A stretch of 64,000 bases of DNA from Elusimicrobiota bacterium (GTDB lineage: Bacteria; Elusimicrobiota; Elusimicrobia; UBA1565; UBA9628): the NCBI GenBank assembly GCA_030696455.1, contig JAUYSH010000023.1:3492-67491 (forward strand), written 5' to 3'. Shown here in pieces: positions 19,001-27,100 of this stretch (position 1 is its first letter; each line of letters starts with the position of its first letter). Under the pieces are notes generated by a model, which saw only the letters and a program-made list of their open reading frames with translations, ran no database searches and was not told the origin of the DNA. Position numbers and translations under genes: made by a program.

Positions 19001-19929
19001 GCCGCGCGCATCGCGCGCAGCTGGCCGACGGTGTTGGGCGCCAGCAGGCTTCCCCCCACGTCGTTGGACAGGCCGCCGGCCAGGAGGACGCCGCGGATGC
19101 GGTCGCCGTCGCGCTGGGCGTCGGACAGGCGCTTGAGGACGAAGAGGCCGGCGCCTTCGCCGACCACGAGGCCGTCGGCCGCCGCGTCGAACGGCGACGG
19201 GATACCTGACGCGGAGAGAGCGCGCAGCTGGGAGAAGCCCATCTGCGTGTACAGGGATTGCGGACGAGACATGCCGCCGGCGAGCATCGCGTCGGCGCGG
19301 CCGGCGCGCAGCTCCTCCATGGCGAACTTCAGCGCGTAAAGCGACGAGGCGCAGGCCGCGTCGAGCGTCCAGGAGCCGCCGCCGAGGCCGAAGGCCTTGG
19401 TCAGCACGCCGCCGGGAAGGCCGGCGACGAAGCGGTTGGCGGGATTGACGCGCGACGAGGGCTGACGCGGCGCGAGCCCCAGCGCGTCGCGCTCGAAGGC
19501 GGGCAGGAGCAGCTCGCGCGACCAGGCCGAGGCGCCGTCGGTGGGCAGGACGAGCTGGCCCAGGACGACGCCCATGCGGGACTTGTCGGAGGCGGTCAGC
19601 TTCGCGCCGGCGAGCGCTTCCCGCGCGGCGTGGAGGGCCAGATGAAACGCCGGATCGAGGGACGACGCCCAGTCGGGGTCGAGGGCCAGGCCCGAGGGGT
19701 CGAAGACGAAATCGGAGACGAAGCACGCCTTCTTCGAGTAGACCTTGTCGGCCGCGCCCTTGGCTGGATCGAAGGCGGCCTCCGGGGAGAGCGCCCAGCG
19801 GCCGGCCGGGACCTCGCGCGCGGAGCAGCGGCGCGCGACCAGGTTCTCCCAGAACCGCGCGGGCGTGGGCGCGTCGGGGAAGATTCCCCCCGCTCCGACG
19901 ATCGCGATCGGCTCCGTATTCCGGCTCAT
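13027..19929 (-). CDS. pfaC: PUFA-synthase subunit, PfaC-like (KS-CLF-AT-DH-DH)
   Basis: 2300 aa. KS (LDAACASSLYAL), KS-like CLF lacking the Cys (FTVSAEENSGL), acyltransferase (VVGYSLGE), and two FabA-type dehydratases (HFKDDNVMPGTLMYE; SAHFYQDPVCPGSLG). ATGA overlap with the upstream lipoprotein gene. Confidence 0.9.
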   Translation of the reverse strand: MSRNTEPIAIVGAGGIFPDAPTPARFWENLVARRCSAREVPAGRWALSPEAAFDPAKGAADKVYSKKACFVSDFVFDPSGLALDPDWASSLDPAFHLALHAAREALAGAKLTASDKSRMGVVLGQLVLPTDGASAWSRELLLPAFERDALGLAPRQPSSRVNPANRFVAGLPGGVLTKAFGLGGGSWTLDAACASSLYALKFAMEELRAGRADAMLAGGMSRPQSLYTQMGFSQLRALSASGIPSPFDAAADGLVVGEGAGLFVLKRLSDAQRDGDRIRGVLLAGGLSNDVGGSLLAPNTVGQLRAMRAAYLESGLSPSQIDFIECHATGTPTGDPIEVASLKALWGERGWTKGQCALGSVKSNIGHLLTAAGSAGLMKVLLGFENEILPPNANYSTPNPNAGLSESPFRVQSEASPWSRRDAKTPRRAALSAFGFGGINAHLLVEEAPERRKAPAKSTPSVRRASPSSVPVAIVGMDARFGSLPDLRSYQEAVLGGIEPESSYAEDRWQGIDAPAGFKGRFLPEAGSDAASFRIPPKEMEEMLPQQLLALQSAAAAIADSKLSEEGRDRVGVFLGVAFDMAITHYDLRWSLENSADAWAKAKAWSLSSAERYSWLSSLRDACGPALTANRVMGGLASVAASRVAREFRLGGPSFTVSAEENSGLKALEAAVRALQRGEVDAAVAGAADVAGEARALAGSHALKPFSAGGRPRPFDASADGSTPGEGAATVVLKRLDDALRDGDRIYAVIKGLGAASGGGADSVVPTPEACVEALRRAYDDAKVDPSTIGLLECHGSGDAKEDRCEAAAAVEFFGTAAADLPLALSSSKSVIGHAGAAAGLAGLVKAALSLYQEILPAGPTIVNPISPLSTASKRFHSPRRASFWLRNRADGPRRAGVTSLGVDGGCVHVVLEQLERETSDPLVEDERRQPLGSRLEALFAVEAADPVFLLADLNALIDWAAAQDPGDGIEALARRWWLKRGSSPEASHACAIVARDWKELLTVARMAVESVRDNPERPLPSDRAFLTTRPPLGGDLAFVFPGSGNQYLGMTAALGAQWPEVLRRQDAENGHLRDQMTPARVAPWRLAFEPGWEAKADSELNADYHALIFASVAHGTVTSDLMRSLGVNPSAVVGYSLGETAGLFATRAWTARDEMLRRMKQSSLFTSELAGPCDAARQFWRLPANEKVDWVLGVVDRPADAVNMALKGAERAALLIVNAPVECVVGGYRSAVEKLVEGLGCVFLPLQGVSTVHFPAAKLVEKQYRDLHLFPTRAPKGIRYYSGAFGKAYEVTRESAADSITTQAIRSVNFSALIKTAYEDGVRTFIELGPQGSCTRMIGKILGPLTHNARPVDSRGLDDVSGILKTLAFLIAERVPVDLKQLYGARSFCAGHQSAPAQPAQYVRLPLGARPAKVSWSPPSPPKAASPAPAPRHEPVPVLAPSRRIPEPRLPGDEFQPSPSRQLFPETVVSPQAAPSAAGSLSNAAALTAQAHQVYLKIAENFAKLQTHNLSQQIRIASGQSVIPAPASAPDPLPLKKSVFMDRKACLEYASGKIGAVLGEAFAHVDSYPTRVRLPEEPLMLCDRILSVTGTPNSMKPGSCITEHDVLHNGWYLDSGRIPTCIAVEAGQADLFLSGYLGIDSKTKGNAVYRLLDAIVTFHDHLPKPGQVIRYDISIDGFGQHDDIWLFFFRYDSTVDGKPLLTMRKGCAGFFTNAELAKGKGIVLTDAEKMPVPGKVPSDWKPLVPFTDKVSLTEGQFESLRAGDLKTAFGPAFASLPFVPDTLPGGRMKLVDRILELDPKGGRYGLGRAVGEMDIHPDDWHLVCHFKDDNVMPGTLMYECCLHTLRVQLMRMGWVGEKGKVWHEPVPGVASQLKCRGQVLASTKKARYELHIKELGYEADGTPFCVADAFMYSDDKNIVQITDMSVRLSGTNRSAIESLWLKNEKTVYYDSDKIMAYSNGNPSEAFGAPYKIFDKDRILARLPGPPYQFLDRIVGLKGEPFVLKAGASAIAEYAIPKDAWYFRENGQATMPFAILLEVALQPCGWLAAYCGSALTSPVDLSFRNLGGDAIQHVEVTPETGTLVTSVVMTKVSQSGGMIIQNYDMTMTDAQGRLVYQGKTEFGFFTKESLSQQVGLRGAKQFIPSTTPRTLSLKGGTPALPGPMLLLLDSVEQYDNAGPKGLGALIGRRAVNPSEWFFSAHFYQDPVCPGSLGLESFIELMKCHARDRWPGAGRFESMVLGRTHKWLYRGQYTPVNKAVEVQCWITAVDESSKTLTADGYLLRDGLVVYEMRDFTLKLRS

Positions 19930-20942
19930 CGCTTATAGATGGTGTACGCTTCGGCGTCTTCGGCCCACTCGACGTTGGCTCGGTTCAAGCGCCGCAGGAC
20001 GCCGAGCCAGCCGCCGTCCGCGGGGCTCGTGACCTTGCCCGAAAGGGCGGCCTTCGAGGCGATGACGCGGATCGTCTCCGCGGAGACGGAGTCGCTCTCC
20101 TGAGGGAGCTCGGCGATGAGGCGCACGCCGAGCTTCTTGGCCTCCTCGTCCGGGTACTCCCAGGACTCGCCCGCCTTCAGGCGCTTCTCCTTCACGTTCT
20201 CGTTGGGCACGACGAGCGCGGTCTGATCCTTCGAGCCGAGGTCGTAGATGTTGTACAGGTAGATCCAGGCGTCGCGCGTCGCGGTCACCTTGAGCGTCGC
20301 CTCCTCGCCGTGAAGGAAGCGCTGTTTGGACACTTCGAGCTCGACGAAGAAATCCTTATCGCCCGCGGCCTCGCGCGGGACCGCGCAGGCCTTGAGCCTC
20401 ATGCGGTACAGGCAGCCCGGGCACTCCGGCGCGTCCCGGTAGCCCTCGTCGATCACCTGCTCCTTGAGGATGCGCCCGCTGCGCGTCGTCTGCAGGATGC
20501 CCTCGGTCAGGCGCGTCTCCTTGCGCAGGCCTTCCTGCTGGAAGTCCATGAACTTGGACTTCACCTCGACGCCGAGGAAGTCCTGGACCGCGGCGGCGCG
20601 GGCCTGCTCCATCGCGGCGGCGCGGGTCTGGTGGCGCGTGTCCTGCGGGCCGACGGCGACCGACGCGGAACCCTCGAGCCAGGTGCAGCCGTCGGGGTCG
20701 ACGCCGAGCACCTTGCCCTGGCGCTCCTGGACCTCGTTGCGCACGACCGCTTCCTTCGACTCGCCCTTCTCCGTCATAACAACAACTCCGCCGCTACGCG
20801 GCGGAGTTTCGCCGTGGGCCTTCTCGGCGCGCTCCCTCACCGCCTCGTATTCGGGGCCGGACGCGGCCGTGACTCGGAGCTTGCCGCCGCCGCAGGCGGA
20901 CAGCGCGAAGGCGAGAGCGCAGAGAGGAAGGAGCCTGGTCAT
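19926..20942 (-). CDS. Lipoprotein with a DUF4384-like C-terminal domain, embedded in the pfa operon
   Basis: 338 aa. Signal and lipobox MTRLLPLCALAFALSAC. The C-terminal block FFVELEVSKQRFLHGEEATLKVTATRDAWIYLYNIYD..ALVVPN..KAGESWEYP..IRVIASK fits the DUF4384 pattern. The start abuts the upstream stop (TAAATG) and the stop overlaps the pfaC start. Confidence 0.75.
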   Translation of the reverse strand: MTRLLPLCALAFALSACGGGKLRVTAASGPEYEAVRERAEKAHGETPPRSGGVVVMTEKGESKEAVVRNEVQERQGKVLGVDPDGCTWLEGSASVAVGPQDTRHQTRAAAMEQARAAAVQDFLGVEVKSKFMDFQQEGLRKETRLTEGILQTTRSGRILKEQVIDEGYRDAPECPGCLYRMRLKACAVPREAAGDKDFFVELEVSKQRFLHGEEATLKVTATRDAWIYLYNIYDLGSKDQTALVVPNENVKEKRLKAGESWEYPDEEAKKLGVRLIAELPQESDSVSAETIRVIASKAALSGKVTSPADGGWLGVLRRLNRANVEWAEDAEAYTIYKR

Positions 20943-21098
20943 TTAATAGCCGCCCGCCTCTTTGTCGAGGGAGTCGTGCGCCTTCTCGGAGGCGCCATGC
21001 GAGCCTTCGTAGTTGGGGCGCGGCTCGGACTTGCGCTCCTTGCAGGCGCCGGCGGCGAGGGCGGACGTGAACAGCAGGGCGAACAGGATCTTCTTCAT
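20943..21098 (-). CDS. Small (51 aa) putative lipoprotein, not in the supplied ORF track
   Basis: My own translation: MKKILFALLFTSALAAGACKERKSEPRPNYEGSHGASEKAHDSLDKEAGGY*. A GGGAGA Shine-Dalgarno sits 4 nt before the ATG and 12 nt after the pfaA TAA. The stop directly abuts the next ATG. Confidence 0.6.
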   Translation of the reverse strand: MKKILFALLFTSALAAGACKERKSEPRPNYEGSHGASEKAHDSLDKEAGGY

Positions 21099-21110
21099 GA
21101 TGTCTCCCGG

Positions 21111-24100
21111 TTAAGCGGCGGTCTCAACGCCGTTGCGGCGGAACGCGGCGGCCAGCGAGGCGTCCGACGCGCACTCGAAGCCCTCGAGCCGGGCGACGAG
21201 CGCGCCGCGCTCATCGACGAATTCGATGTCGGCGCCGGCCAATCCGTCGGCGAGCTTGACGGCCTTGACCACGACGCGCACGCCGTTGGCCGGGAACGAC
21301 TCGGCGTACTGGCGGTAGCGCGCGGCGAAGCTCGGCAAGGAGGGCGCGCCCATCCGGGCGTCCGTCCAAAGGATCATGGCCTGGAACGCGGCGTCGAGCG
21401 CCGCGGGGTCGCTCAGCCAGCGGTCGCGGATCGGCGCGCGGGTCCACGACGCGGGCGGCAGGGCCGTTTTCGACTCCACGACGATGCCTTCCGGTCCGCA
21501 ATGCGGCACGGCCAGAATGAACCTCATGTCGGCCCCGTGAAAAAGCACCTCGCCGTAGGCCTGCTCGATCGAACGGCCGTAGGCCGGGCCCGCGACCTTC
21601 AGCGCCGCCGCGGGGGCGGACGGGCGCTTCGCCGCGAGAAGGACCTTCGCGGAGATGTGGAGCGCCCCGCCCTCGCCGCGCAGCTCGGCGGGAACGACGA
21701 ACAGCCCATCGCGCTTCTCGGCGGATCCGGCGTGAGCCTTCACCGTCGTCGCGAAGGCGGGCTTCACGACGATGCCTTTCGCCACGCGCAGGTCGTCGAA
21801 GCCGACGAACGCGAGGCCGGGGTTGGAGTGAAGGGCCGCGTGGGCCAGCCACTCGGCGGACACCGCCAGCGGCAAAACGGCGCGGCCGTTGAGGACATGG
21901 GAGGCGAGGAACGGATAGGCCTCGAGCGTCACGTCGCGCTCGAAGCTGACGGGCAGGGCGGCCTTCGTGCCCGGCAAGGCGGCCAGGACGACGGTTTCCG
22001 CCGGGCCCGAGCCGCGCAGCTCGGCGATCAGGTGCTCGCCGCCGGCCGCGAGGCCGATGACGCCCACGCCTTCCGCGGCGAACAGCTTCTTGAGATCGGC
22101 GTCGACCATCCCGCCGTCCCATGGGCCCCAGCCGAGCGAGGCGACGCGGCACTTGGGCAGGCGCGCGGCGAGCACATGCGCGGCCTTGTTGAGCGCCTCG
22201 TTGGCGATCGCGTAGTCCGACTGGCCCACGCGGCCGTAGCGGGCCGTCGAGGAGGAGAAGAGGGCGAGAACGCGAAGCTCGCAGGGCACGACGGCGTCGA
22301 GAAGATGACGAAGGCTCGAGAGCTTGGTATCCAGCACGGCGTCCAGCATCGACGGCGTTTTCTCGAGGATGCTCTTGTCGGCCAGAACGCCCGCGCCGTG
22401 GACGATCCCCCGGACCGGGCCGAAGTCCTCGACCGTTTCGGCGACGAGCGCCTTGACCGCGGCGGCGTCGCGCGCGTCGACGGCGCGGTAGCGGGCCTCC
22501 GCGCCGGCGGCCGTCAGGCGCGACAGCGTGGACCTGATCTCGCGCGCGGCCAGAACGTCCTTGGCGCGGGCGCCGATCTCCTTGGGGGACAGGCCGGACG
22601 AGGACTTCGCGATCAAGGACCGAAGGGCGCTTTCATTCGCCGCGGACGCGTACTCCGCCGGCTCCGTGCCGGGCAGGGGGCTGCGGCCGACGAGGACGAG
22701 GCGGGGCTTGAAGGCCTTGGCGAGCGCGAGCGCGCACTCGGCCGTGACGCCGCGCGCGCCGCCGGTGACGATGACGGCGTCGCCGGCCTTGAGCGGCTCG
22801 CGGCCCGACGGGGAGGCGGGGCGTTCGACGAGCGCGACGGCGCGCAGGCCCGCCTCGGAGAGGGCGGCCTCGACGGGGCCGTCGAAGGAGAGCTCCTTGG
22901 CGAGCAGCTTCGCGGCGGCGTCGAGCGGAAGGGCCGGGGAAACGTCGACGGCGCGGCAGACGGACTTCCATTCGCGGGCCGCGGTCTTCATCAGGCCGGC
23001 GAGGCCGCCGAAGGCGGGGTCCTGGTCCATGCCGCCCTCGAGGCCGAGGGCGCCGTCGAGGCGGGTCACCGTCATGATCAGGCCGCGGACGCCGCGGGAT
23101 TCGAAGGAGCGGCCGGCGGCCTGGACGAGGGAGAAGGACTTCTTGAGGTAGGACTCGGAGTCGGACGTCCACGGGGAGCCTTTCGCGGCGGGGCGCACGG
23201 GTGCCACGACGATCAGGGCGCCGAGCTCGGCGGGAAGGGAGGCCGCGTCGTCGACGGAGACGAGCTCGGCTTTATGGCCCTTGGCGAGGAGCTCCCGGAC
23301 GAGGGCGGCGTCGAGGCCGCTGTCCTTGGTGACGGCGATGGTCAGGGATTTATGCAAGGGGTAGGCGTCACGGGGGCCGGCGGGGGTCAGTTCCGGAACG
23401 AGCCGGGAGATGATGCAGGGGCCTTCCGAGGGCTTCGCGGAAGGAACGGCGAAGTCGACGGCGGCCGCGGGGACCGGCGCGGGCGCGGAAACCGCGGTGC
23501 CTTCGGACAGATAAACGGCGATCTGATTGAGCGTCCTTAACGTGCCCAGATGTTCGGGTTTCACCTTCGGAGCGCCGGGCAACTTCTCGGAAACGGCGGA
23601 GAGGATCTCGACCCTTTTGATCGAATCGATGCCGAGGTCTCCTTCCAGATCCATGTCGGGGTCGATGGTGTCGGCCGGATAACCGGTCTTTTCAGCCACG
23701 ACGGAGAGAAGAACCGGCAAGATCTCGGTCGACGGAGCATTACCGGGAACGCTCGCGACGGCCGCGGGCATGGATGCGGGCGCGGACGCCGCGATGCCTT
23801 CGGACAGATAGATGGAGATCTGTTTCAGGGTGCGCAGCGTGCCGAGGTGCTCGGGCTTTACTTTAGGGGCGCCGGGCAATTTTTCGGAAACGGCGGAAAG
23901 GATTTCCACGCGCTTGATGGAGTCGATGCCGAGGTCCCCCTCCAGATCCATGTCGGGGTTGATGGTGTCGGCCGGATAACCGGTCTTTTCGGACACGACG
24001 GAGAGAAGAACCGGCAAGATCTCGGTCGACGGAGAATTACCGTGAACGCTCGCGACGGCCGCGGGCATGGATGCGGGCGCGGACGCCGCGATGCCTTCGG

Positions 24101-27100
24101 ACAGATAGATGGAGATCTGTTTCAGGGTGCGCAGCGTGCCGAGGTGCTCGGGCTTCACTTTAGGGGCGCCGGGCAATTTTTCGGAGACGGCGGAGAGGAT
24201 TTCGACGCGCTTGATGGAGTCGATTCCGAGGTCCCCCTCCAGGTCCATGTCGGGGTTGATCGTTTCGGCCGGATAACCGGTCTTTTCGGACACGACGGCG
24301 ACCAGGACGGAGACGATGTCCGCCTTCGGCGTGACGGAAACGGCAACGGGTTGGGGGATCGTCACGGGCGCGAACGTCGATGCGCCGCCCGACATCCTCG
24401 CGTATAACGCCTGCTGCTGCTCGACGAGCGCCTGGACGGAGCGTTGAGCCGAATCCTGGCCCTGAAGGAACTGGAGATGCAGGGCCGCGGTCTGCTCCTG
24501 GAGGCGGGTCAAGGCGTCGATGCTCGCCTGGGCGGCGGACAGGGCTTGGCCGAGGAGCCCGGCCTCGCCGCCTCCGGCGGCGAGGCCGGGATGCTTCGCA
24601 CCCGGCACGGACGCGTCTTCGGAAGGCTTCATAGCGTCCAGCGTCGTCGCGGGCGCGGGGAAGTTCTTGCGGGGCGTGGAGCGGTAAACGGCGCCGGTGA
24701 GCACAACGGACATCTTCGGCTTGGGGCGGCAATCGGAGAGGCCTTTCTCCCCTCCCTGCCAATCCGACAGCTCGATCGAATGACCAAGGGCGGCTAATTG
24801 TGCGAGCGTTCTGGCAAGGTCGCCCATGCCGTTCTTCTTTCCGTTCGACGCGTCGGTCGCGATAGCGACAAATTCCTGGCCCTTGAGGATTTGGGCAACG
24901 AGACCGGTGAGTCTATTGCCCGCGCCGCATTCGACGAAGGTGGTGATGCCGTCGCGGCGCATCGCCTCGATCGATTTCACGAACTCGACGGGGTGGGCGA
25001 GCTGCTGGGACAAAACCTCCCGCGCCTTCGGCGCGGGTTCGGGATATACGGCACCGGTGGTGTTCGAGTAGACCGGCATGGACGGTTTTGAGAACGGCAA
25101 CGGATCGAGGGCTGTCGCGAAGGGCTTCAACGCCGGAGCGACGAGCTTGCTGTGAAACGCCGCGGCCACGGGAAGACGGACCACCTTGTGGCCGCGAGCG
25201 GCCAACGCCTTTTCAGCCTTGTCGATCTCGGAGGTCGCCCCGGACAGCACGTTTTGCGTGGGCGCGTTGCGATTGGCGATCACGAGGTCGAGCTTCTCTT
25301 CCTTCACGGCTTTTTCGACTTCGTCGAACGACGCGATGACCGCGAGCATGGAGCCCTTATCCGAGCCATCGCCCTTCATCAGACGGCCTCGGAGGCCGGA
25401 CAAGGCGTGGAGCGTCTTCGCGTCATAGCGTCCCGCGACATGCAGCGCGACCAATTCGCCGTACGAATGGCCCGCGGCGGCGTCGGCCTTCACGCCGAAG
25501 CGGGACAGAACGCCCCAAGCCGCCAACGCGGCGGCGCCGAGGGCGGGCTGGGCGACGGAGGTGTCCCTGAGATTTTTCTCCTGCGCTTCCTTCTGCTCCG
25601 GCTTCCACGCGGGCTGAGGGAACATGAGAGAGGAGAGCTTACCGCCCTCGAACGCCGCGTCGGCCTCGGTCAGAGCGCCGAACGCCTCGGGGAACGCGCA
25701 GACCAGATCGCGAGACATACCCGCGTACTGAGCGCCCTGGCCGGGGAAGAGGACTCCCAGCTTGCCGGGCTTCCCCGTACCATAATAAATACCGTCGATC
25801 GGGGAGGACTTGAGGGACCCGGCCTTCCCGGCGAGGGCCTTCCAATCCGCCGAGCGTTCCAGAGCGATCACCAAACGGCTTGACGCCGAGGAGTCGAACG
25901 ACATGCGGGACGAATGGCACGCCTTACGGACCTCGTCCCACGTTTCGGCGGCCGTGAGCATGGACAATCCACCTTGCACATCGCCGGACACGGCGAACAG
26001 CTCGTGCTCGGCGTCCCAATCCGTTTCCGTCTTGGCGGAATTCCCCTCTTCGAGGATCGCGTGGAAGTTGGTGCCGCCGAAGCCGAGGGCGGAGCAGGCG
26101 GCGCGGCGGGGATGGTCCATGGAGGCCATCCACGGGCGCTTCTCGAGGCTCAAATAAAAGGGAGTTTGGCCGGAGGCCAAAATCGGCAGGGGCTCGTTGA
26201 CCTTGATGGTCGGCGGGAGCACCTTATGGCGCAGCGCCATCGCGACCTTGATGAAGGCGGCGGAGCCGGCGGCGGCCTTGGTGTGGCCGACCATGGACTT
26301 CACCGAGCCGAGCGCGCACCACGCGCCTTGGCGCTTGGAACCCTTCTGGAACACGCCGGATATCGCTTCCACCTCGATGCCGTCGCCGACGGCGGTGCCG
26401 GTGCCGTGGGCTTCCACGAGCTCCACGGTATCCGGCGACAAGCCCGACAGGCGGTAGGCCTCCTCGATGGCGCGGGTCTGGCCGCCGGCCGAGGGAGCGT
26501 AGATTGATTTTCCGCGGCCGTCGGAGGAGGTCCCCAGGCCGCGCAGGATCGCGTGGATACGATCTCCGTCTTTAACGGCGTCGTCGAGCCGCTTAAGAAC
26601 GGCCATTCCGACGCCCTCTCCGAGAGTCGTTCCGTCGGCGGAAGCGTCGAAGGGCTTGGCGTGACCCGACTTAGAGAGCGCCGGAGTTTTAGTGAAGCAC
26701 GTATACATAAAAACATCGTTGAAGGTATCCACTCCGCCGGTCACCACCATCTTGGCCCGCCCCGCTTGGAGCTCCAAGGCGGCCATGTGCATGGCCGATA
26801 AAGATGAACCGCACGCGGCGTCGACGACGCAGTTCGTGCCGCCGAGGTTGAAGCGGTTGGCCACGCGGCCGGCGATGACGTTGCCGAGCAGGCCGGGGAA
26901 CGAAGCCTCCTGCCAGGGCACGAACTCGTCCGACATGCGCGCCAGCGCGTCCTCGGCCTGCGTCGGGGGCACGCCGGCGGCGAGGATGGCCTTGCGCCAG
27001 GCGGGCAGGCTCAGGCGGGCGCCGAGAGGGATGACGATCTCGAGGGCGCCGGTGACGCCGAGGATGCACGACACGCGGCCGCGCTCCCAGGTGTCCTGGT

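Noticed and set aside
16370-19726. Several 300-416-aa alternate-frame minus-strand ORFs (16370-17620, 18755-19726, 18033-18728)
   Set aside because: They lie out of frame inside pfaC. The translations are Arg/Pro-rich, and the pfaC frame is continuous and motif-bearing.
20310-23540. 1076-aa plus-strand ORF, with further plus-strand ORFs at 23550-24407 and 25152-25883
   Set aside because: These are antisense to pfaA, which has unambiguous KS/MAT/ACP/KR/DH motifs. Their composition is Arg/Gly/Ala-rich and featureless.
23501-24335. Possible CRISPR array or other non-coding tandem repeat
   Set aside because: The 297-nt period has no unique spacers. The repeats are in frame and encode three ACP domains with the DSIKR phosphopantetheine site.
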